DNA of 57,992 nucleotides from an uncultured Phycisphaeraceae bacterium (GTDB taxonomy: Bacteria > Planctomycetota > Phycisphaerae > Phycisphaerales > UBA1924). Of the stretch, positions 19,507 through 29,163 are shown piece after piece (the stretch's first letter is position 1; every line of letters starts with the position of its first letter). The stretch is from positions 4,083 through 62,074 of the forward strand of contig CAZJXA010000001.1 in NCBI GenBank assembly GCA_964549785.1. The letters are read 5' to 3'. A program made the translations under genes and the position numbers. The notes below the pieces were generated by a model that worked only from the letters and a program-made list of their open reading frames with translations, was not told where the DNA came from and made no database searches.

Positions 19507-20409
19507 TCACCCTGGTATCAACGTGCTCGTTCTGAGCGATTTGGGTGCGGCGTGTGCCCTGCCTACGACCCACTCGATCATCCGACCAGGAATGTCGACA
19601 CCCGTCGGCTCGATCGAGTTGCGGAACTCCATCGTGTGATTGATCTCGCTCACGAGGTATCCCCGCTCCGGGTCTTCGAGCAGGTCGATCGCCAGCACCG
19701 CACCCATTCCGCCGATGCCTCCGGTCACCGCGACCGCCGCGGCGCGGCAGATAGATTCCAACTCCGGGGTGACCTCCAGGCGTGAAGCCTTCCCCCCCCG
19801 CGCGGTGTTCGTGATCCAGTGTTCTGAGGCGCGGACGATCCCACAGATCGCTTCCAGCCCGACCATGAACACCCGTAAGTCGCGCTGCGGCTTGTCGACG
19901 TACTCCTGGACATAAAACACCGAGTGCTGCACGCCGCCCAGGGTCGCCTTGTGCTCGATAATGGCTTCCGCGCCGTCGCGGTCGTTCACCCGTGCCAGCA
20001 ACCTTCCCCACGATCCGACCGCCGGTTTCAAGACCGCGGGGTAGCCGTTTTCCTCAACCGCGCGCAGCGCTGTGGCTTCGTCCAACGCGATCCGGGTGCG
20101 CGGCTGCGGCACGCCCGCCCGCGCCAGAGCGGCCGTCGTCGCCAGCTTGTCGCCGCACACGTCGATCACGCTCGACGGGTTCACACACGGCACGCCGAAG
20201 GCCTCGAAACACCGCACGGCCGCGACCGCTTGCGTCTGGCTGATGCAGCGCTCAAAGACCGCCGCGTACTTGGTCCACGGGCCTGGGTCGGAAAGGTCGA
20301 AGACCAACTCCCGCACATCGAGCAACTCGTGCGGGATGTTCCGCTTCGCCAACTCCTCGGCCAGCAGCCGTTCCTCGACCCGTATCCGCGAATGCAACAA
20401 CGCGATCAT
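19507..20409 (-). CDS. lysX: RimK/LysX-family ATP-grasp ligase ([LysW]-amino acid ligase)
   Basis: ATG 20409 ([23 protein letters not shown]...). ATP-grasp body (...[14 protein letters not shown]..., ...[19 protein letters not shown]). Adjacent to lysW. Confidence 0.88.
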   Translation of the reverse strand: MIALLHSRIRVEERLLAEELAKRNIPHELLDVRELVFDLSDPGPWTKYAAVFERCISQTQAVAAVRCFEAFGVPCVNPSSVIDVCGDKLATTAALARAGVPQPRTRIALDEATALRAVEENGYPAVLKPAVGSWGRLLARVNDRDGAEAIIEHKATLGGVQHSVFYVQEYVDKPQRDLRVFMVGLEAICGIVRASEHWITNTARGGKASRLEVTPELESICRAAAVAVTGGIGGMGAVLAIDLLEDPERGYLVSEINHTMEFRNSIEPTGVDIPGRMIEWVVGRAHAAPKSLRTSTLIPG

Positions 20410-20452
20410 CGTGCGAACCCTCAATGGTGTCCGATTCCAACGCCTTTTTCGT

Positions 20453-20505
20453 TCTGCCTATCTGCCATTTTCCAATCTGGCATCTTCCAATCTGGCATTT
20501 GCCAG
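20453..20505. repeat. three tandem 15-bp repeats (plus a partial unit) in the lysW-lysX intergenic spacer
   Basis: Units are TCTGCCATTTTCCAA (20461-75), TCTGGCATCTTCCAA (20476-90) and TCTGGCATTTGCCAG (20491-505). A partial unit TCTGCCTA lies at 20453-60. The last unit contains the palindrome CTGGCA-TT-TGCCAG. Confidence 0.9.
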
Positions 20506-20519
20506 CTGCGATCGGTTCT

Positions 20520-20717
20520 TCACTCCCCCCAATCCTCCTGAACTTCCGGGGCCAGCGCCACCGCGATCGGCGCGGTATCCGTCACCTCCAACTCCGCGCC
20601 GCACTCTCCGCACCGCACCACTTCGCCGCGAAGCGGGGCTCGCGCGAACCCGACCGCTGCTGCGCATTCGGGGCATTCGCAGGTTTGGGTCGCCGCATCG
20701 GTCGTGGTCACATTCAT
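20520..20717 (-). CDS. lysW: amino-group carrier protein LysW
   Basis: 65 aa with zinc ribbon CPEC...CGEC and acidic C-terminal tail ending EDWGE, the LysW signature. Confidence 0.9.
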   Translation of the reverse strand: MNVTTTDAATQTCECPECAAAVGFARAPLRGEVVRCGECGAELEVTDTAPIAVALAPEVQEDWGE

Positions 20718-20747
20718 CGCTCGGTCCTTTCAGAAAACTCATTTTCA

Positions 20748-20786
20748 CCAAAAACAACGAAGGCCCGCCGTACGCCGGTGGGCCTT
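20748..20786 (-). terminator. GC-rich hairpin plus U-run about 30 nt upstream of lysW (tRNA-Gly terminator and/or lysW attenuator)
   Basis: Minus strand reads AAGGCCCACCG-GCGTA-CGGCGGGCCTT followed by CGTTGTTTTTGG. There is one A/C mismatch in an 11-bp stem. Confidence 0.55.
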
Positions 20787-20843
20787 TTCATCAACCGTTT
20801 CCTGTTCGTCCTGTGGTTCAGGGAGCAGGGGAAGATGCAAGGA

Positions 20844-20906
20844 TCACCGGGCCGCGGGGCCTTTGGATTTACCAAGTTTTTTCGATTTGCAAGCCGTGAC
20901 CACCAT
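20844..20906 (-). promoter_or_regulatory. candidate Lys-codon-rich leader micro-ORF upstream of lysW
   Basis: ATG 20906 to TGA 20844 encodes MVVTACKSKKLGKSKGPAAR. It has 5 Lys in 20 codons, all AAA. It lies between tRNA-Gly and the hairpin at 20760-20786. Confidence 0.3.
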
Positions 20907-20961
20907 GACGCCGCCCGCCGGTTCAGCGGTGAGTCGAACGTTGGATTGGTGGAGGCTGTTG

Positions 20962-20990
20962 ATCATAAAACGACACGATCTGACCTGCAA
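20962..20990 (-). promoter_or_regulatory. candidate sigma70-type promoter (TTGCAG-N17-TATGAT)
   Basis: Minus strand has TTGCAG (20990-20985), a 17-nt spacer and TATGAT (20967-20962), immediately downstream of the tRNA-Gly 3' end. Confidence 0.3.
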
Positions 20991-21001
20991 GAACACCTGA
21001 A

Positions 21002-21073
21002 AGCGGGCGAAGGGACTTGAACCCTCGACTTTCACGTTGGCAACGTGACGCTCTACCACTGAGCTACGCCCGC
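21002..21073 (-). tRNA. tRNA-Gly (anticodon GCC)
   Basis: GCGGGCGTAGCTCAGTGGTAGAGCGTCACGTTGCCAACGTGAAAGTCGAGGGTTCAAGTCCCTTCGCCCGCT folds as a cloverleaf (7-bp acceptor, GCTC/GAGC D stem, TCACG/CGTGA anticodon stem, loop TTGCCAA). CCA is not encoded. Confidence 0.95.
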
Positions 21074-21180
21074 GAAGAGCATCCACGCCGATATCGGCAC
21101 GAATGCGGTAGGCACTCTAGTCCACGAACGCGGCAGGAGTCAACTTCCGCGAACTTGAGCTGCGGCGCGCCAAGCCGTTT

Positions 21181-21639
21181 TTAGAGCCCCAGCCGCTTTA
21201 ACGTCGCGTCCAGCGTTGCGCGGCAGACCTCCTCGTTGCCCAGGGGCTGGTATTCGAGTTCGATCCGCGTTCCCCCCGGCACAACCCCTGCCCGCACCAT
21301 CAGCCTCGGAAACGTGTTGTACCGCGGCGGACGGGCGATCAGCGTCCCCGCATCCTCGGTCGAAAGGTTCGAGACGATGGTGTACCCCCGATCGCGTAAG
21401 GCCTGCTCGGCCGCGGCGAGAACGGCTGGGACTCGGTGCTCGGCACCGATCACCGCTGAAAGATTTCCGCCCTTGTAACTCGCCAACACGCTGGAGTCGC
21501 CTTGGTAGGCCTCATTGGGAGCGCAGCCGACACTCACGCAAGCGAAGACGAATCCGAGAGCGAAGGCCGATCGGAACGCGTTTTTCAAACCGAAATTTCG
21601 ATCCTTCAAGCCAAACTCCTTCCGTGAATCAGACTCCAC
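21181..21639 (-). CDS. small lipoprotein of unknown function
   Basis: Lipobox FACVSVGC after a hydrophobic stretch. Start uncertain (GTG 21639 or an internal TTG). No known domain recognised. Confidence 0.6.
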   Translation of the reverse strand: MESDSRKEFGLKDRNFGLKNAFRSAFALGFVFACVSVGCAPNEAYQGDSSVLASYKGGNLSAVIGAEHRVPAVLAAAEQALRDRGYTIVSNLSTEDAGTLIARPPRYNTFPRLMVRAGVVPGGTRIELEYQPLGNEEVCRATLDATLKRLGL

Positions 21640-21943
21640 CCGGACGTTTCCAGTACGCCGCCGTCGGGAGCTATAAGTTAGTCCGCCGATTGCTCGGACG
21701 CGTTCGTTCGTCCTTCTCCCACCGATCCGATTCCTGGCCCCGCCGCCGGGGCTTTGGACCGGAGGACCGCGGACTCCGCCAACGCGGGAGTATTTGGGCG
21801 ACTCGACGCCGCAGCCGCGAAACTTGATTCACCGGCTCCACTGACCTTTACTTGCACCCCTCTCGGGCTCGCCGAAAGGGGTATTCTTTTCGTCGGGGAA
21901 ATCCACCTGACACAGTGACGAACTTTTTGAGACGGGGCCGTGC

Positions 21944-22177
21944 ATGGCGATTCGTGTGAAATCTCGCAGTGGTGAGTCGACCGACCAGATGCTGCGTCGG
22001 TTCAAGAAACTGTGCGAGAAAGAGGGCCTGACCAAGGACATCAAGCGGAAAGAGTTTTACGAGAAGCCCTCGGAACGACGCCGCCGTGCCGCCCGCAAGA
22101 GCGTCGTCCGCCGTACCAAGGACGACATGCCCTTGCCTCTCAAGACTGACCTCAAGAAGCCCGACCGCGAACGGTAA
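21944..22177 (+). CDS. rpsU: 30S ribosomal protein S21
   Basis: MAIRVKSRSGESTDQMLRRFKKLCEKEGLTKDIKRKEFYEKPSERRRR... is the typical S21 sequence. Confidence 0.95.
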   Translation: MAIRVKSRSGESTDQMLRRFKKLCEKEGLTKDIKRKEFYEKPSERRRRAARKSVVRRTKDDMPLPLKTDLKKPDRER

Positions 22178-22261
22178 GGGCGTTTCGATGCTTTGCTGGT
22201 GATGGGCTCTTCGATGGGGCACGGGGTCCGCCGCCACTTTATCCGGTTCACCGACAGCCCT

Positions 22262-22297
22262 ACGCTCCGGCCCTTCCAAAGCCGGAGCGTTTGTGTT
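22262..22297 (+). terminator. intrinsic terminator downstream of rpsU
   Basis: ACGCTCCGGC-CCTTCCAAA-GCCGGAGCGT followed by TTGTGTT. Confidence 0.5.
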
Positions 22298-22498
22298 CCC
22301 GGTGCAAGCGTTTCCGCCACAACGTCCGATAAGGGCACGTCGCTGATGATGCATCGACGTTCGCTTTCAGCACTCACCGGGAAACCGGTTTCAACGTCCA
22401 TTTCAGGGATCATCCTTAGACCAAAAGGGTGTTTTCCAAACCATTCGGGAGGTCTTACCTTGCTGACGCGTCCACGCTTTTCGCTCCTGCAATGCCTG

Positions 22499-25096
<2,598 letters not shown>

Positions 25097-25120
25097 GAGC
25101 ATCTTCACGATTAACTAGAA

Positions 25121-25152
25121 AGAGGCGGGCCGTCTTGGCCCGCCTCTTTTTG
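25121..25152 (+). terminator. intrinsic terminator after hppA
   Basis: AGAGGCGGGCC-GTCTT-GGCCCGCCTCT followed by TTTTTG. Confidence 0.8.
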
Positions 25153-25402
25153 CGCATCCTGGGTTGAATTGCCCACCGGCCGTCCATGACCGTTCACACC
25201 AAGTCCCCCAGCGACCATGGCGAAGATTCGTCGGTGCCAGCGGTTCCAGGATTCGAGCCGGGCGGCTTCAGGCCGGAGGGTGCTGGGGGGAACGGGATGC
25301 GACTCAATGCGAACATGGGCTTCCCGGTTGCGGGTTCCCATTCACCGCTCGGACTGCTCTCCCCAGTTTCCGAGCGGACGCACGGCCAACCAAGAACCTC
25401 TT

Positions 25403-26650
25403 TCAGCCTCCTACGTCATCGCCCGCCAGCAATCGGCCCAGGATGTCCAATCCTTGGTCCAGTTTCGCAGGCTTGGTCGCGAAGCTCAAGCGGAAATGGG
25501 TGTCGTGGTTCGAGAACGTCTTGCCGGGCACGATGAGGACATTCGCCGCGTACGCACGCTCAAAGAACTGCGAGGCCGTGAGCCCCAGCCGTTCGGGGAC
25601 TTTGACAAACGCGTAGAACGCGCCGCCCGGGAACGCTACTTCCGTGACCTTTCCAAGCCGCGACAGCACCATGTCCCGGCGCCCCTGATACTCGCGCACC
25701 ATCGGCGAAAGGTCTTCGTGAAGGGCGGCCGCCGCTCCGTGCTGCAGCGGCGTTGGCACACACACATAAAGATACTGCTGGAGTTTCACCATCTCCGCGA
25801 TCAGCCACCTGGGGCCCGCGGCGTAGCCCAATCGCCATCCGGTGACGCCGTAACTCTTGCCGAAGCCGCGGATCAGGAGGCAGTGCTCATGCGATCCTTC
25901 AATCCGCGCGGGGCTGGGGCAGCGAACCCTCGACGCATCGCCCACGGCGTGGTCGGTCAGAGACTCGCTGAACGTGAACTCGTCGTAGATCTCATCGCTG
26001 ATGAGCATGATGCCGCGGGACTCGCACAGGGCGAGCAGATCGGCGCATTCCGCGGGGGTGGCCACCACGCCCGAAGGATTGCCGGGTGAGCAGAGAATTA
26101 CCGCCTTGGTCCGGGACGTGATCAGCGGCGCGACTCTCGCCGCGGTCAGGCGAAAGTCTGGATAGGTGTCGCAGGCCACCGCTTTGGCATTGCACAGTTC
26201 GGCGAGGTGCGGATACAGCACGAACCACGGGTCTGGAACGATGAGCTCATCGCCCGGGTTCAGGAGGGCCATGGCCGCCAGAACAAGTCCGCCCGAGGTG
26301 CCGCTGGTGACGAGAAGATCGGGCCGCACCGGTCCCGCCACCCCACCCGCCACGCCGCAATGCAAATCCGTCGGAACCGGCTGGAGCGGAATATCCCAGC
26401 CAAGGTCCGTGCGGAGGTGGGCGGCAATGCCTTCAAGGAGTGGCTTGATGCCGCGGGTAGGCGTGTAGCCGTTATCGTTGTTGAGAATGGCTTGGACGGC
26501 GGCCTGCTTGATGGAATCGGGAACCGGAAAGTCGGGCTGACCGATGGAGAGATTGATGGGGTCGGGCAGCCGCGATCCCAAATCAAAGACACGGCGGATG
26601 CCGGAGCCGTTGATGGCGGAAGCGCGATGACTGATAAGACTTGCGTTCAT
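25403..26650 (-). CDS. class I/II PLP-dependent aminotransferase
   Basis: ATG 26650 (MNASLISHRASAINGSGIRRVFDL...NLSIGQPDFPVP...). PLP-lysine region SFGKSYGVTGWRLGY. There is an insertion after the first third. Confidence 0.88.
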   Translation of the reverse strand: MNASLISHRASAINGSGIRRVFDLGSRLPDPINLSIGQPDFPVPDSIKQAAVQAILNNDNGYTPTRGIKPLLEGIAAHLRTDLGWDIPLQPVPTDLHCGVAGGVAGPVRPDLLVTSGTSGGLVLAAMALLNPGDELIVPDPWFVLYPHLAELCNAKAVACDTYPDFRLTAARVAPLITSRTKAVILCSPGNPSGVVATPAECADLLALCESRGIMLISDEIYDEFTFSESLTDHAVGDASRVRCPSPARIEGSHEHCLLIRGFGKSYGVTGWRLGYAAGPRWLIAEMVKLQQYLYVCVPTPLQHGAAAALHEDLSPMVREYQGRRDMVLSRLGKVTEVAFPGGAFYAFVKVPERLGLTASQFFERAYAANVLIVPGKTFSNHDTHFRLSFATKPAKLDQGLDILGRLLAGDDVGG

Positions 26651-26780
26651 GAGGAGCAACCGAGATCAGACCGGCGTGCAGAGGTCAGGAAGAAAGAAAA
26701 CCGCGACCGCACGAAGCGACGCGAGACCACCGGTCGTTCCCTCATACGCCCCGCCCGTCGACGGTACTCCCGGAACTCTC

Positions 26781-26819
26781 AAAGAAAAGACCCCGCGGCC
26801 TTCTCGCACAGCGGGGGTC
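26781..26819 (-). terminator. intrinsic terminator downstream of the small basic protein gene
   Basis: Minus strand reads GACCCCCGC-(14 nt loop)-GCGGGGTC followed by TTTTCTTT. Confidence 0.5.
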
Positions 26820-26956
26820 AAATGGCACAAAGCGCGGCTTCTGCAAGCCGCACAACCAGACGTATTCGCCCGTTGAATCTTTGCCGAACAGACGGCGATA
26901 GAAACCGGAATCGCCCGAGCGGGCGAGAAAAAGCAACACCGGCTCCTCGCTTAAAT

Positions 26957-27118
26957 TCACTTCTTCGGAACGAGCGTCTTGGGGATTCCCAGGACGCGAT
27001 CCTTGGTCGAATCAAACTTTTTATCGGCGGTCATCTTCGTGATGCGCTCGGAACGGGTCATCACGCTCCGCTTGCCGGCCAGAGAGGCGGAGATTTTCAG
27101 CGAACGATCCAGACTCAT
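26957..27118 (-). CDS. small basic protein (PVC-group type, 53 aa)
   Basis: ATG 27118 after GGAAGGAAAG. MSLDRSLKISASLAGKRSVMTRSERITKMTADKKFDSTKDRVLGIPKTLVPKK is highly basic. It resembles the conserved small basic protein of Planctomycetes/Verrucomicrobia/Chlamydiae (from memory). Confidence 0.6.
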   Translation of the reverse strand: MSLDRSLKISASLAGKRSVMTRSERITKMTADKKFDSTKDRVLGIPKTLVPKK

Positions 27119-27188
27119 GCGAACTTTCCTTCCCGAACTCTTGTGCGACAAGAGGCGTTAATCTGCCAGTGCATCCGCCCCCGCACTG

Positions 27189-28187
27189 TTATTCCTTGTA
27201 CTTTTCCCACAGCGTCCGCGAGAAATTCGAGGGGCCGCGATGCTGTTTCTGCCACGCCGCCCCCAGCCTAGCGACGTCGGCCTCCAGATTGGTCACCTTC
27301 GTGGCCCGGCGCTTGTACTCGTCGGACGACACGCCCAACGCCGCGAAAAGCCGGTAGTCCCGTTCCGGGTGGGGATTGTTCGCCTTCGACGCGGCGGAAT
27401 CAACCGGCACCGCAAACGATTCAAGCCCGTTTCCAGCCAGGAACGCGATCGCCGCCGCGGAGTCGGCGCGCGAGAGCGTGGCGAGCGCCAGGTAGTTGAG
27501 GCCCGGCTCGCGCGGATCGCCGGCCAGAACGCCTTTCGAGGTGAGCGAGTCGTCGTTTCGCGAGCTGGGAGCCGCCCCTTTGCTCGTCGGAGCCTTCGGA
27601 GCAGTCTCTCTCAAAACCTTGCTGGCGGGCGACGGGGTTGGTGACGGCTGCGAGAGAGGGTCCGCGATAGCGGGTGTCGGGCGCTCGAAGCGGGAGAACT
27701 CTGCCTCGGCCCGCGACTGTCCGGTGGAGACGCCGATAATCCACGCCGCCAAGGCCACGATAATCGCGAGCGCGACTCCGATCGAAAGGGCGTTGACTGA
27801 TATCCGCATCGTGGAGGGCCCAAGCCACGCGGGCGCCCAAGCCCGCTCCGGCGACGAGTCGAGTTGTTGTGTGGCCGGTGGAGCCCGGCCCGGGGAAGTC
27901 GATTCGGAGTGACCCGAGGTGTCGGATCTGCGGGCTGACAGAGCCGCCGGGCTCGTCCCTTGGCCGACGACCAACGCGGCCGCGTCCTCCTTAAGAGCGG
28001 GAACGGCGGTGCCAGACGGAACGACCTTCGCGTCGGCGCTGGGTACCGGAGCCGCCGCTGGCTGCAATCGCACCTGGACGATCGGCTTGGAGGGCGTCTC
28101 GAGCGGTGCTTCCAATTTCGACGTGTTCCCCGACTTGCCTTGGACAAGGTCAAAAAGCGGAGTCGTGCGGCGGCCTGCGGATCCCAT
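27189..28187 (-). CDS. single-pass membrane protein, Pro/Ala/Ser-rich with conserved C-terminal domain (unknown function)
   Basis: ATG 28187. TM segment ISVNALSIGVALAIIVALAAWIIGV. Low-complexity regions flank a folded-looking C-terminal roughly 110 aa (GLNYLALATL...FAVPV...YRLFAALG), possibly SPOR-like. Confidence 0.6.
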   Translation of the reverse strand: MGSAGRRTTPLFDLVQGKSGNTSKLEAPLETPSKPIVQVRLQPAAAPVPSADAKVVPSGTAVPALKEDAAALVVGQGTSPAALSARRSDTSGHSESTSPGRAPPATQQLDSSPERAWAPAWLGPSTMRISVNALSIGVALAIIVALAAWIIGVSTGQSRAEAEFSRFERPTPAIADPLSQPSPTPSPASKVLRETAPKAPTSKGAAPSSRNDDSLTSKGVLAGDPREPGLNYLALATLSRADSAAAIAFLAGNGLESFAVPVDSAASKANNPHPERDYRLFAALGVSSDEYKRRATKVTNLEADVARLGAAWQKQHRGPSNFSRTLWEKYKE

Positions 28188-28244
28188 GGGTCAAGGAGTG
28201 TATCCGGCGGCCCCACGGAAAAGTCGTGACGTATAGTCGGCCTC

Positions 28245-28790
28245 ATGGCGATCAAGAACGAGGACGTGCGGGTTGTTCAGTCCAAGCCGATGTCGCGGCT
28301 TGAGGCGGTCTATCTCCCAGAGATCGTGAAGGGCTTCGGCACGACGCTGAGGCATTTCTTTACGTCATTCGGCCAGGGCAAGACCAGCCGCACCATGCAA
28401 TATCCTGAAGTTCGGCGTGAAGACCTCGCGGTTGAAGACGGCGGCATGAACAAGAGCAACTTCCGCGGCGTCCATCGCCTCAACCGTGATGAAGAGGGGC
28501 GAGTCAAGTGCGTCGCGTGCATGATGTGCCCGACGATTTGCCCCGCCCGCTGCATCCACATCGAAGCAGGCGAAAGCCCTTGGGATGATCGTGAGAAGTA
28601 CCCCGTCAAGTTCGAGATCGACGAACTGAGATGCATCTTCTGCGGGATGTGCGAGGAAGCCTGCCCAGTGGATGCCATTGAACTCACGACCGAGTACGAC
28701 ATTGTGGGTGCGACGCGTCAAGAGATGATCTTTGACAAGGAGAAACTCTTGCACATCTACGACGTCACGATCAATAAGAAGCCGATGTGA
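28245..28790 (+). CDS. nuoI: NADH-quinone oxidoreductase subunit I (2x[4Fe-4S] ferredoxin subunit)
   Basis: LPEIVKGFGTTLRHFF..., CVACMMCPTICPARCI and CIFCGMCEEACPVDAI are the NuoI signature. No other nuo genes are adjacent. Confidence 0.88.
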   Translation: MAIKNEDVRVVQSKPMSRLEAVYLPEIVKGFGTTLRHFFTSFGQGKTSRTMQYPEVRREDLAVEDGGMNKSNFRGVHRLNRDEEGRVKCVACMMCPTICPARCIHIEAGESPWDDREKYPVKFEIDELRCIFCGMCEEACPVDAIELTTEYDIVGATRQEMIFDKEKLLHIYDVTINKKPM

Positions 28791-28866
28791 CGGCCGGTTT
28801 CCGGCTCGGCCCGACGGGGACGTTTGGTCGCGACCGGTGGCAGGCCAACAGGTGACGAAGACTCAA

Positions 28867-28890
28867 ACCTCCCGGCCGGGAGGTTTTTTC
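28867..28890 (+). terminator. intrinsic terminator after nuoI
   Basis: ACCTCCCGG-CCGGGAGGT followed by TTTTTC. Confidence 0.8.
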
Positions 28891-29163
28891 GTCTTGGCAC
28901 CCTTCTGCACCCCGAACTGCGCGGCATCGTGGAGACCCGAGCGCCGGGGCGGTGGGGTGGACGTCGCGAGAATCACAAAAAAAGTGTGAGAGTTGAAGAA
29001 AAACATTTCGGAAGGGTGGCATTTTGAAGAAAGTGTTGCATCTTCTCACTTGGAAGCACTGACCAGTGAGCGCGCGGACATTGTTCCGTGAGCATGTTGT
29101 TGTCATGGCGTTCCGAGATGTGAGAAGAGTGGGTTCAACCGCACGAGAAGGAGAAATTCAGAG

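Noticed and set aside
20453-20505. Tandem repeats considered as a possible mini-CRISPR array
   Set aside because: The units are 15 bp, directly abutting with no spacers, and no cas genes are present. This is a simple tandem repeat.
20718-20990. Lysine riboswitch (L-box) upstream of lysW
   Set aside because: I could not find the conserved L-box core elements (for example AGAGGNGC…GUCGCC…CUGUCA-like blocks) by eye. A covariance-model scan would be decisive.
20844-21086. 80-aa ORF on the minus strand
   Set aside because: Its 5' half is the tRNA-Gly gene. Only the last 20 codons are retained, as a speculative leader micro-ORF.
29016-29040. Sigma-54 promoter (TGGCA…TTGCA) upstream of the first anchor-protein gene
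   Set aside because: The GG and GC dinucleotides are about 18 nt apart instead of the required 10, so the spacing does not fit the -24/-12 architecture.
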